In this document: piece after piece, positions 1 through 11,289 of the stretch | Position numbering within the stretch: the first letter of the stretch is position 1 | How the letters are laid out: each line of letters starts with the position of its first letter | DNA from: Histomonas meleagridis 2922-C6/04-290x | Taxonomy: Eukaryota; Protista; Parabasalia | NCBI GenBank assembly: GCA_020184695.1 | Contig: JAANOX010000280.1 | Location: 372,001-436,000, forward strand | Direction: 5' to 3' | DNA length: 64,000 nt | Translations under genes and position numbers: made by a program | Notes under the pieces: model-generated | Database searches by the model: none | Told to the model about the DNA's origin: nothing | What the model saw: the letters and a program-made list of their open reading frames with translations, nothing else

Positions 1-1324
1 TTGATATAGAGATGTGTTGTATATGAATGAATGCTGTGTTTGATACAGAGATGTGTTGTATATGAATGAATGCTGTGTTTGATATAGAGATGTGTTGTAT
101 ATGAATGAATGCTGTGTTTGATATAGAGATGTGTTGTATATGAATGAATGCTGTGTTTGATATAGAGATGTGTTGTATATGAATGAATGCTGTGTTTGAT
201 ATAGAGATGTGTTGTATATGAATGAATGCTGTGTTTGATATAGAGATGTGTTGTATATGAATGAATGCTGTGTTTGATATAGAGATGTGTTGTATATGAA
301 TGAATGCTGTGTTTGATACAGAGATGTGTTGTATATGAATGAATGCTGTGTTTGATATAGAGATGTGTTGTATATGAATGAATGCTGTGTTTGATATAGA
401 GATGTGTTGTATATGAATGAATGCTGTGTTTGATACAGAGATGTGTTGTATATGAATGAATGCTGTGTTTGATACAGAGATGTGTTGTATATGAATGAAT
501 GCTGTGTTTGATACAGAGATGTGTTATATATGAATGAATGCTGTGTTTGATATAGAGATGTGTTGTATATGAATGAATGCTGTGTTTGATACAGAGATGT
601 GTTGTATATGAATGAATGCTGTGTTTGATACAGAGATGTGTTGTATATGAATGAATGCTGTGTTTGATACAGAGATGTGTTGTATATGAATGAATGCTGT
701 GTTTGATATAGAGATGTGTTGTATATGAATGAATGCTGTGTTTGATACAGAGATGTGTTATATATGAATGAATGCTGTGTTTGATATAGAGATGTGTTAT
801 ATATGAATGAATGCTGTGTTTGATACAGAGATGTGTTGTATATGAATGAATGCTGTGTTTGATACAGAGATGTGTTGTATATGAATGAATGCTGTGTTTG
901 ATATAGAGATGTGTTGTATATGAATGAATGCTGTGTTTGATACAGAGATGTGTTGTATATGAATGAATGCTGTGTTTGATACAGAGATGTGTTGTATATG
1001 AATGAATGCTGTGTTTGATATAGAGATGTGTTGTATATGAATGAATGCTGTGTTTGATACAGAGATGTGTTATATATGAATGAATGCTGTGTTTGATATA
1101 GAGATGTGTTGTATATGAATGAATGCTGTGTTTGATATAGAGATGTGTTGTATATGAATGAATGCTGTGTTTGATATAGAGATGTGTTATATATGAATGA
1201 ATGCTGTGTTTGATACAGAGATGTGTTGTATATGAATGAATGCTGTGTTTGATATAGAGGTGTGTTGTATCTGAATGAATGCTGTGTTTTATATAGAGAT
1301 GTGTTGGAGCTGAATGAATGCTCT
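1..1324. repeat. 39-bp tandem array, about 33 units, running off the left edge
   Basis: Unit TTGATAYAGAGATGTGTTRTATATGAATGAATGCTGTGT repeated head-to-tail with two recurrent variant sites; it degenerates at about 1250-1324. Confidence 0.97.
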
Positions 1325-1859
1325 TTTGATTTGATAATAAATTTTTGATTAATGTCTTTTTATATTGGTAAAAACTTTTCAATAAGTTGTTGAGTTTTCT
1401 TCATTGAAGTTTATAAGTAAGGAAATGAACTTTTAATTGAAAATACCAAACTACATTAATTTGATCAAAATATGAAGTAACGATAGCTGGGTAGGTAGAG
1501 CATATCATTTTTTAAATCTGTTAAATGTTCTATTTTTTTATATTAAATTGTGATATTTACATTGAAAATAATATGGTTAATATTAAGTTGTAAATGGAAA
1601 ATTTCTTTAACATATGAATTAATGTTTATTACAAAAGAATATTTATATTATTTAATCCACCGAATTTTGTAAATTATTTAATTTTTCCTATAAAAATATC
1701 AATTAATAACTTAGTGTAGTTGGCTTGTACTTATGTAACAGGAACCTATTTTGTATTAATAAATAATTTATATTTGGAAAATCTTTCTTTCATTTTTAGT
1801 TCAATATTGGCGGTTTCTGTAAACGTGTTTTCGGGGGGATCAAACATCATTTTTTAGTT

Positions 1860-4354
1860 GTGCTTGAAAAAATAAATAAAAAACAACAAAATTCTGGAAT
1901 AAAGGAAATAGAAATCATTGAATCAATTCAACGAATCATATTTGATTTAAATAACGAAAATATTTCTCAATCAGTTCAATCAATTATTTCCATATTTGAT
2001 TATAGTTATCCATTTTCTTTTAATGTAATTATAAGCCAATTTATTTTTAACTGTATTTTAGATCAAAAAAACGATTTTGATATATATTTAGATTTTATGA
2101 AAGAAATTAAAGAATTTCAAGAAATTAATCAGGTTAAATATTATATTTTCAATAATTTTGTGAATTATATTCTTCATTTTAGGCGCAATAATAAAGAAGC
2201 AAACTATCCACTTTTAAAAATGTATGAACATAATATTCTTGATTCAAAATTATTAGAAAATGACGCCAATCCGTATTTTATCCACTATATGTCTAAAGAT
2301 GAAATTCAAAAAAATCTTGGTTATTTTGAACAAATCATTGGAAACATTAAAGAATTATCAAAGAATGATTGGGAACTTCATAAGAAATATATTGAAGAAG
2401 GAGTTAATCCAAATGAAATTGCAAAAATAATTCGAAATGATGAAGTAGAAAAACTTCAAAAAGTATCATCACACGAAAAATTTGATTTTAATCAAACAAT
2501 TGAACCATCACTTTATGAAAGATGCTCGTTTATTAATCATTATGTTACATTAATTGATTATGCAGCATTTTTTTCATCAGTTAAATGTTTTAAATATTTA
2601 CTTATGAATGATGCGGATGTAACAAATACAGGTAAATATGCGATTGCAGGTGGAAACATTGAAATCATTCATTTATGTGAACAAAATCATTCATCATTTA
2701 AAGATGCATATAAAACAGCAATTGAATTCCATAAAAATGATATATTTAAATATCTTTATGAAAATAAAATAGGAAACATTGATAATGTAGAAGAATTAGG
2801 GAGCCTATGCATTAAGTTATGGAACACTGAAATTTTTACGTATTTACAGAAAAATGGTTTGGAAATCAGTGAAAATATTATTAACAGTACAGCAAGTAAT
2901 GGGAATCTTTATCTCATCAAACATTTTCTAAAAGAATATCCATTTCCAAAAGATATTTTAATATTCTCTGCAGATTCAGGAAATATTGAACTTGTTGAAT
3001 ATATTTTAAAGCAAGAAGGAATTGATATTAATGCTAAAAGTATTTCTTTGTTTTAATTGATATATATTTTAATAATTTTGTATTTCAAAATAAATTTTGG
3101 AAATTATTTAAATTATTTCAAACAGCACTTATGGAAGCATCTGTAAATGGTCATACAGAAATAGTTCAATTACTTCTTGAGCAAGAAGGAATTGATATTA
3201 ATGCTAAAGATAAAATAAATTTATATAATTTTATATTTCAATATAATTTTTGGAAATTATTTATATTATTTTGGAAAGCAATTATCTTTGCATCTAAATA
3301 TGGTTATACAGAAATAGTTAAATTACTTCTTGAACAAGAAGGAATTGATGTTAATGTGAAAAATATTTATTCGTTTTATTTGATATTTATTTAAATAATT
3401 TTATATTTCAAAATAATATTTGGAAATTATTTAAATTATTTGATACACCACTTATTTTGGCATCTGAAAAAGGTCATTTAGATATATTTAAATTACTTCT
3501 TGAGCAAAAAGGTATTGATATTAACATTAAAGATATTTAAATGTTTTATTTGAAATTTATTTTAATAATTTGGTATTTCAAAATAATATTTGGAATTTAT
3601 TTAAATTATTTATGACAGCATTTATGAATGCATCTTATAAAGGTAATATAGAAACTGCTAAATTACTTCTTGAACAAGAAGGAATTGATATTAATATTAA
3701 AGATATTTATTTGCTTTATTTTATATTTATTATAATAATTTAATATTTCTAAATAATATTTGGAAAATATTTTAAATATTTTGGACATCACTTATGTATT
3801 CATCTAGATTTTGTCGAATTGAAATGGTTAAATTACTTCTTGAGCAAAAAGAGATCGATATTAATGCTCAAAATATTTATTTATTTTATTTATTGTTTGT
3901 TTTGATAATTTCAATTTTCAAAATAATATTTGGATATTATTTAAATTATTTTGGACAGCGCTTATGTATGCATCTTATTTTGGCCATGCAGAAATAGTAA
4001 AATTACTTCTTGAACAAAAAGGAATCGATACTAATGCTCAAAATATTTATTTGTTTTCTTTAAAGTTTGTTTTAATAATTTGATGTTTATTGCGAATATT
4101 TGGAAATTGTTTATAATATTTAGTACAGCACTTATTTGTGCATCTTTAAATGGTAAAACAGAAATAGTTAAACTACTTCTTCAACAAAAAAAAGTTGATA
4201 TTAATATTAAAGATATTTAAATGTTATATTTAATATTTATTATATGAAGTTAATATTTCAAAATACTATTTGGAATATATTCAAAGTTTTTGACACAGCA
4301 CTTAATAAAGCATCTATAAAAGGTTTTACAGAAATAGTTGAATTATTTAAATGA
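1860..4354 (+). CDS. DUF3447/ankyrin-repeat protein; C-terminal ankyrin repeats split by 8 non-canonical intervening elements
   Basis: ORF 1860-3056 has the trichomonad DUF3447 motifs (IIRNDEVEKLQ, LIDYAAFFSSVKCFKYL, AIAGGNIEIIHLCEQ). Downstream, 90-nt stop-free ankyrin blocks (TALxxASxxGHxEIVKLLLEQEGIDINAKD) start at 3122, 3275, 3445, 3615, 3785, 3955 and 4125; the last block starts at 4295 and ends at TGA 4352-4354. The exact start codon is uncertain. Confidence 0.85.
3042..4294 (+). other. Eight intervening elements: 3042-3121, 3212-3274, 3365-3444, 3535-3614, 3705-3784, 3875-3954, 4045-4124, 4215-4294
   Basis: Seven are exactly 80 nt and one is 63 nt, measured from the D/N/S codon to the T codon. 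Shared core TTTCAAAATAATATTTGGAAATTATTTAAATTATTT; no ACTAAC motif. Confidence 0.9.
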
Positions 4355-4950
4355 ATATTTTAGATGTTATTATATCATCTTGTAAAAAAAAGAAACATTG
4401 CATGGAATAGGTCGTTTATTATCAATATTGATTCATTACCAGATTTAAATAAATGATTTTACAAAACCTTATTGGTGTTATTTTTTATTTTTTAAAGGAA
4501 TTCCTTTTTTCATTATCCATTTTTGAGTAAAATCTTTATAAAAAAATTATTTATGATGATAAAATACCATTTTCTTTCATTACTTCCAGAACCCGTTCAA
4601 AAACGTAATTCAACTATCTCTCTAAATCATTGAAGATGTGATATTTCAAAAATACCATATATAAAGAATAAGTATTTTTAAGTAACCGTTTTAAGGTGAC
4701 AAAATCAGTGGTGTCTCAAAAATTGTTAGTAATTCCCAAATATTATTGCGAAATTTGAAATTATTAGAATAAAATAAATAAAAGAATTTTATGCTTTTGG
4801 TATTAAAATTTAATATCAAATCCTTTTAGATAATGTGGTTTTTATAAATGAAGAAATTAAACAAAATGTTGAAAATAATTCACTGTTTTACTGAAGATTT
4901 ATTTACCCCTATTGAGATACGTTGCATTGATGAGGTTGGAATAAAAAAGG

Positions 4951-5300
4951 TTACACAAAGCCTTCTTCGACTAATTTTGTTTCATTTTCTGTAATGATAT
5001 GTTTTTGGCCAGATCCTTCTATAACACGAGACCAACTGCTAGTGTGCAATTCATAATGTCCTCCATTTTTAACAAGTTTATATGAGAATCCTCCATACAT
5101 TCCTGGTACTGCAAAAAATTCTTCCATTTCATGCGTTGCCAATTCGGGTGTTATCTTTGGCATTTCGAGTTTAGAAAAGTCAACATCTTTGTTGAATCTA
5201 TTACGATATTTTATTAAATCATGAAACCTTTTTTCAATTGCTACAAGTTCTTTTCCTGTTGCTTCATTTTTATGTGACCTGAATTTATACCTTAGTTTGT
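4951..5300 (-). CDS. Small ORF or fragment resembling the C-terminal domain of bacterial ankyrin-repeat-associated proteins
   Basis: Motif RFHDLI...FAVPGMYGGFSY...SWSRVIEGSGQKHII...LVEEGFV*, recognised from memory of bacterial proteins. No clear ATG outside the overlap with the neighbouring gene. Confidence 0.5.
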
Positions 5301-5305
5301 CGTTA

Positions 5306-6187
5306 ATGTTCTCGTATTTTATTGAGATAATTAGAAAGAGAAGCTTTGCAATGCTTATGCATTTGCAAATTGGTTCGGTTCTCAGAAACAAATTGAAAGA
5401 GGAAAATTTATGTAATGTTCATTGGCTTTTCGAATGTTTTATCATTTTGTTACTCTTCTCTATTCATCTTATGATATATTGTCATTCTACAAACCTTAAT
5501 TATGCGTTTGGAGCAATTGCTATTTTTATCTTTGGAAGCGGTGTACTTTCTCTATATTTTGTTAATCCATTTTTAATAAAAAAGACAGAAGCCGTCAACA
5601 CTGCATGGAATAACTTAATTAATCCGACTGAATATGAACAAATCATAAATTCTGTGACATGTGATGTTCCATATATTTCATTTTCTGCTACTGGATCATA
5701 TTCGATCTCAGAGTATGAATCAGCTTCTTGTGAATCAAAAGAGATAAAATTTAACATAACAAACTATTCATCAAATTATGATATAGCCGAATATACAAAA
5801 GATTCGTATTTCCAATTTAATTTTCTTAGTGATGAAACACCAGAACAAAAGGAATTTATTACAAAATTCGCTGATTTGTATAGTGTATCATTACCACAAA
5901 CTTCTTCGAATGGAAAAACAATTCGATGGAATCTCGCTTATGGAGTTAAAATTGACTCTATAACAACAAGTAAATACTTCGTTACGAAAGATGGAAAATT
6001 GGAAGGCCAATACTCTCCAACAATAGGTAAAACTATGATGGCGTTTTGGTCTGGAATTGGATATGCTTACCGATTGGCTTCGATGCCAGTTCGTTATTCA
6101 ACCATCGCAATTACTAATATAACATTTGAAATTCCATCTGAAACAGATGAGTTTTGGGGTGAGGTACATAATGTGAAATGTATGTGA
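5306..6187 (+). CDS. Uncharacterised multi-pass membrane protein, paralog 1 of a local family
   Basis: Hydrophobic segments. Shares YEQ..PYI.F.A, NITNYS, DETxEQKxFITKF, LPQTSSNG and GKTMMAFWSGxGYAYRL with 8597-9709. Start is ATG 5306 or 5351. Confidence 0.75.
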   Translation: MFSYFIEIIRKRSFAMLMHLQIGSVLRNKLKEENLCNVHWLFECFIILLLFSIHLMIYCHSTNLNYAFGAIAIFIFGSGVLSLYFVNPFLIKKTEAVNTAWNNLINPTEYEQIINSVTCDVPYISFSATGSYSISEYESASCESKEIKFNITNYSSNYDIAEYTKDSYFQFNFLSDETPEQKEFITKFADLYSVSLPQTSSNGKTIRWNLAYGVKIDSITTSKYFVTKDGKLEGQYSPTIGKTMMAFWSGIGYAYRLASMPVRYSTIAITNITFEIPSETDEFWGEVHNVKCM

Positions 6188-6303
6188 TAATTAATGAGAT
6201 ATTGTGTAAAGATAACATCGAAGTTTTTATGTTTTCTTAAATTTAAAAATTTAATTAATTGAGTATTTTTTACTCATTTAATTGTTTGACTCTTAAGTCA
6301 TAT

Positions 6304-7650
6304 TTATTCATTTCGTTCATTATCTGTGATTTTGGGCCTGTTTTCAATTGGAGGACAATCATCAAAGGGTTCTCCTTTCGTTATGTTTAATTCACCAAAT
6401 GTTAAGCCTTCATACGAATTTAATGTCATAACAGTCGTTGTATTAATAAACAAAAAGGCATTTTGTTGAATTGATGGTTCTTTATCACCATAGTAATAGA
6501 TACATTTCAATGAAGTGCATTGTTTAAATGCAGTAAATTGAATTTCTTGAATACCACTTCCAATTACAATCTTGACCAAATTTTCACATGATTGGAATGC
6601 ACAATATTCGATAATTTTTACACTATCAGGAAATACCATTTCTTGTAATTGTTTACATCCTTCGAAAGAAGAAATTTTAAATTCAATTAAATTATTATTA
6701 GTATAAACATATCTAATATGTACACAATCACGAAATGCATTTTTGTCAATTATTTTAATGCTTTCAGGGATGAAATAATGATCAATTTCTTTTCCTTCTG
6801 GGAACCGAATGATTGTATCATAATTTTTATCATATAAAACACCATCACCTTCAAGATTTGTAAAATTCAAATTATCTTGACTTACTTCAATATTAACTAA
6901 AGAAATACAATCGATAAAAGCCCTGGAATCAATATATTTAACAGACCTACCGATAAATATCTTTTTCATGCTTTTACACTCTTCAAATGCGAACAATCCT
7001 ATTGAAATGATTGAGTTTGGGAGAATAATTTCTAATAAGTTTGTACAGCCAGAAAATGTGTAACCACTAATTTCGGTCAAATCTTCACCAAGAAATTCTA
7101 TTGAACGCATTTTTAAGCAACTTTTAAAAGCTGAAGCTTCAATTATTTGTACTGTTTTTGGAATTTTAATTTTTTCTATGGAAATACATAATGAGAAAGC
7201 ATATTGTGATATTGTTACCAAACTGTTTCCAAGGAAAACATTTATAAGACAAGCACAAGAGTTAAACGAATTGGAACCAAGGTATTTAATTCCATTGGGG
7301 AGAATAACTTCAATTAAATCCATACAGTTTTCAAAAGCAGAGTTTCCAATACTTTCAATGTTTTTTCCAAAGATAATTGTTTGTAATTTAACACAATTCA
7401 TAAAAGCTCCATCATCAATTATTGTTGTAGAATCATGAATTTCAACCTCTATTAATGATATCCATGAAATAAATGCATTTTTTCCAATTGTATATACACC
7501 ATTCCATATGATAAGTTTTTTTATATAAAATTTTTTAGCAATATCTCCTTCATTAATGATTGGATGATCTGATATATTAAGTTCAGTTGATATATCGCAA
7601 TGAACATGACTTATTAAGGCAATAAACAAAATAATTTCATAAGTAAGCAT
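6304..7650 (-). CDS. BspA-like leucine-rich-repeat (LRR_5) surface protein without a TM anchor
   Basis: Signal-like N-terminus, many IGxxAFxxCxxL repeats and a CIYYYGDKEP cap; ends without a TM segment or tail. Confidence 0.9.
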   Translation of the reverse strand: MLTYEIILFIALISHVHCDISTELNISDHPIINEGDIAKKFYIKKLIIWNGVYTIGKNAFISWISLIEVEIHDSTTIIDDGAFMNCVKLQTIIFGKNIESIGNSAFENCMDLIEVILPNGIKYLGSNSFNSCACLINVFLGNSLVTISQYAFSLCISIEKIKIPKTVQIIEASAFKSCLKMRSIEFLGEDLTEISGYTFSGCTNLLEIILPNSIISIGLFAFEECKSMKKIFIGRSVKYIDSRAFIDCISLVNIEVSQDNLNFTNLEGDGVLYDKNYDTIIRFPEGKEIDHYFIPESIKIIDKNAFRDCVHIRYVYTNNNLIEFKISSFEGCKQLQEMVFPDSVKIIEYCAFQSCENLVKIVIGSGIQEIQFTAFKQCTSLKCIYYYGDKEPSIQQNAFLFINTTTVMTLNSYEGLTFGELNITKGEPFDDCPPIENRPKITDNERNE

Positions 7651-8596
7651 TTATGTTTAAATAAAATGATGTGATTTTATACCATGGAATAAGTGCATAA
7701 AATGAATAGTACGATATGCTTTTTTGAAATGAATTTCAATATAAACCGATTGTTTTCCATTTTAACATTGAGTTTATTCAACACAATTTTATGCATAAAA
7801 AATTTAAAGACGATATTAAATTTTTTGGATGATTATTGATGATGATAAATTATTTTCTATGTAAATAGGATACAACACATTTTCATAAAATTAAATATTG
7901 AATCAAAGTAAATTTGAATTAACTCATTTCAAAAGGACAAGGTTGATATATTGATTTATGTTGGATAATATTTAAATAATTAAAATGGTAAATTTCAAGA
8001 AAAATTGGGGTTGAGTGTCGATAAGGATTCTTTAGCAAAATATTCGTAAAGATAGTGATGAAATTTTAAAATTACAAATAAGAATAAATTATAATGTAAT
8101 AAATTGAAAAATGTTATAACTAATTCCAAAAAAATGGAGATTGTTTAAATAGTATATTTCCATTTTTTTGAATTAAAGACATCCTCATATAATAATTATT
8201 ATACTTAATGAATTCAAAAAATTATTAAATAGTATATTTCCATTTTTTTTTTTGAATTAAAAACGATCAAATAACCCTTGAGAGAAAAAAGTGACACTAA
8301 TATCAAAACTTGCCCAGAACTTCAGATCCTATATATATCTCTAAATAAGAGTTTTTGTCTTATAAAGATTCAATTATATCATTTACTATTATTCTTAATC
8401 TCCACCAAATATTTATAGAGAATTATGAGCATAAGAATAACAAGATAATTTTATTTTATTTGTATAATAGTAACCGTTCTGCACCAACGTTCGAAGGGAT
8501 AAAACAGAAAAACCCCATATTCAAAAAGTCAATTTTCAACAATTGAATTTCACCCTGAAATATCGGCAGTTACAAATCCTTTAACTCCATTTTTTA

Positions 8597-9709
8597 ATGG
8601 AAGCAGAGGAAGAAGCTGCCAAAAAGATGGCTATAAACCAAGAGATCTATCCTGAAGCTGAAATTGAAGCTGACCTTCCACCAGATACTTTAGAAAATTT
8701 CGCTATCTCAGAAGATAAACCAGAAAGTGTCAAACTTAAAATCCCATGGGTTGCGATAATCGTATGCGGAGCTTTGGTTGTTTTTTTCACAATTCTTTTC
8801 TTTTGTACATTTTTTGTACCGTCAAGTCAATATAATAAAAATAAGAAAGAAAACCCTAATCTCGAGTACATGGAAGTACCAGCCAGTGTAATAGTTTTAC
8901 ACTGGGTCACGTATTTTTGTTTTATCGGATTAATTATCTCTATTCCTCTAGTTATAATTTCAGTTCAATACTTTCATGTTGAAGATAAGTATTTCAGTGT
9001 TACTCTTTGTTTTTTAATTTTTTTCTCGGTTGCAGTATGTTCACTTTGGATTGTATATCCGATACTTGTATATGCCACTAACATTGTATTCTATGCATGG
9101 TACGAACGAATTTCACAAGCGCAGTATGAGCAAGCCATAAATAACATCTCAGGCACACCATATCTTATCTTCAAAGCATCAACATCATATTTAAATAGAG
9201 TCAAAGGACTTACGTATGAATATGTTCGTTGTACTGCAAAAGAGATAAAATACAATATCACAAACTATTCAGCCATTTATAATATAACCGAATTTACCAA
9301 AGATTCATATTTCAAAATTGACTTGATGATTGATGAAACACAAGAACAAAAGGATTATATCACCAAATTCGCAGAGATGTATAAATTAGCATTACCACAA
9401 ACCTCATCGAACGGAAACTCATATGATTGGGATTTCAAATATGGAGTACAATTCGAATACCAAACGAACGGCACATACTTTGTTACGAAGGATGGGACAT
9501 TGGAAGGACAGTACGCTCCACAAATTGGCAAAACTATGATGGCGTTTTGGTCGGGCGCTGGATATGCGTATCGTTTGGGTTCGTTACCATTTCGTTATTC
9601 ATCCATCAAAATCTCGAATATGACATTCGATGCCCCAGAAATACCATCGGATACAGACAAGATTTGGGAAGAAATACATAACCCTGAATGCATTTCGAAG
9701 ATGTCTTAA
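8597..9709 (+). CDS. Uncharacterised 3-TM membrane protein, paralog 2 (intact)
   Basis: 370-aa ORF with an acidic N-terminus and three hydrophobic helices; C-terminal domain homologous to 5306-6187 and 12693-13727. Confidence 0.85.
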   Translation: MEAEEEAAKKMAINQEIYPEAEIEADLPPDTLENFAISEDKPESVKLKIPWVAIIVCGALVVFFTILFFCTFFVPSSQYNKNKKENPNLEYMEVPASVIVLHWVTYFCFIGLIISIPLVIISVQYFHVEDKYFSVTLCFLIFFSVAVCSLWIVYPILVYATNIVFYAWYERISQAQYEQAINNISGTPYLIFKASTSYLNRVKGLTYEYVRCTAKEIKYNITNYSAIYNITEFTKDSYFKIDLMIDETQEQKDYITKFAEMYKLALPQTSSNGNSYDWDFKYGVQFEYQTNGTYFVTKDGTLEGQYAPQIGKTMMAFWSGAGYAYRLGSLPFRYSSIKISNMTFDAPEIPSDTDKIWEEIHNPECISKMS

Positions 9710-9947
9710 GCGTTATGTAAAAGAAAGATATTGAATAAAAAATAATATGTAGAAATGCATTTGATACTTTGTAAGAACGAAATTAATTTCATGTTAAATA
9801 TAGTAATAAGTGCAAAATGTTGTTGAATAACTGCTAATTCCAATTTAATGAACCACGCACTAGCAGGAAATAATATGCCTTGGAATTGTTTACATCTTAT
9901 GAAAGAATAAGTTTTGTATTCATTTGTTATTATTGGCAGCAATGCAT

Positions 9948-11031
9948 TTAAATGACGCAAGAGACAATATTTTGAATGAAGTATTTAACGAGATATAAAT
10001 TTCCATTTTTTGCTGATGCATTTACAACATTGCTGTTGACTCTTATACCTTTATCTTCTAAAAATGTTAAAATTTCATAATTATCCTCATTAATACAAAC
10101 TACTGCATTGATTTTTTCATCAGCATTTGATATATTTCCATTTTCATAAATATATTTAAAGATATTATTTTTATGGAATTGTATTGCTGTTTCATTTGCA
10201 CCTTCAAATGATGAATGATTTTGTTCACATAAATGAATGATTTCTTCATTTCCACCAGCAATTGCATATTTACATGCATTATTTACATTAGCATTATTCA
10301 TAAGTAAATATTTAAAACATTTAATTGAAGAAAAAAAATGCTGGATAATCAATTAATGTAACATTTTCTGTATTAACAAATGAACATCTTTCATAAAGTG
10401 ATGGTTCAATTTTTTGATCGAAATTAAATATATTTTGTGATGATATTTCTTGAAGTTTTTCGATTTCATCATTTCGAATTATTTTCGCAATTTCATTCGG
10501 ATTATGTCCAATTTTAATTAATTGTTTATGAAGTTCCCAATCATTCTTTGATAACTCTTCGTAATTTTTTAAAAAGGCAGATACAATTGGATCATTTCTA
10601 TTGGTTTGTTTTTTGTTTTCTTCTTCTGTTTTATAATGTGCAAAATATAATGATTGAATTTTTTTAGTGATATTTGAATCAATTAAACTTTGTTCAATCA
10701 TTTGCGCTATCACATAGTGAGATTCTTGTGTACCAATTCCAGATATATACTTAATAAAAATTGATATTAGATTACCGATATTTTGATTAATTTCTTCTTC
10801 TTTCGTTTGAAGTGTTTTAAAAAAATTTAAGTAAATATCAAATTCATGGTTTGATGATGCAAATGAATTAATGATGATGTTACTTATAATGGTATTAAAT
10901 GTCTCTGGAAAATTTAAATCAAAATATCCCAATACTTTTTTAACTGAAGCCTGAAAATTTTCTTCGGTTAAACTGAATACAGCTTTCTCTAGCTTAATTA
11001 GGAATTTCAAGCTAGTTGATAGATTATTCAA
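9948..11031 (-). pseudogene. DUF3447-type gene, frameshifted in a T-run, lacking the ankyrin tail
   Basis: ORFs 11031-10321 and 10352-9948 join (LIDYPAFF/SSIKCFKYL) if one T is removed from the homopolymer near 10330. This may be a sequencing error. Confidence 0.8.
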
Positions 11032-11289
11032 ATTTTTATCTTATGTGCTTATGGTAGTATCATCATTAGGCACATGCATGTGATTTCAATTTTTTATTTT
11101 TTGAAAATTTTAGGAATTCGCTAGAAAAATGCATTATAGCCAACTACTGCTGATAAAGTTCTTGTATCATATTCTAAAAAAAAAAAAAGTGAATCTTGAA
11201 AAAGGAATTAAATATTGTAAATCAAATTTTACAATTTAATACATACAAATGTTTGAGGCTCAAAATGGCAAAAATATATATGTAGGAAT

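Noticed and set aside
1-1324. 39-bp array as a CRISPR array or telomere
   Set aside because: No spacers, and not a short G-rich telomeric unit.
3040-3618. U12-type (AT-AC) or GT-AG reading of the ankyrin elements using GTATTT/ATATTT starts and ACAG ends
   Set aside because: There is no ATATCCTT or branch consensus. The putative acceptor varies (ACAG, ACAC, ACAT, ACTG), GT occurs at inconsistent positions (3040, 61853), and such splicing would delete the conserved Thr.
3042-4294. CRISPR-like look (conserved 80-nt unit alternating with variable 90-nt units)
   Set aside because: The variable units are homologous ankyrin-coding blocks, not unique spacers; the host is eukaryotic and there are no cas genes.
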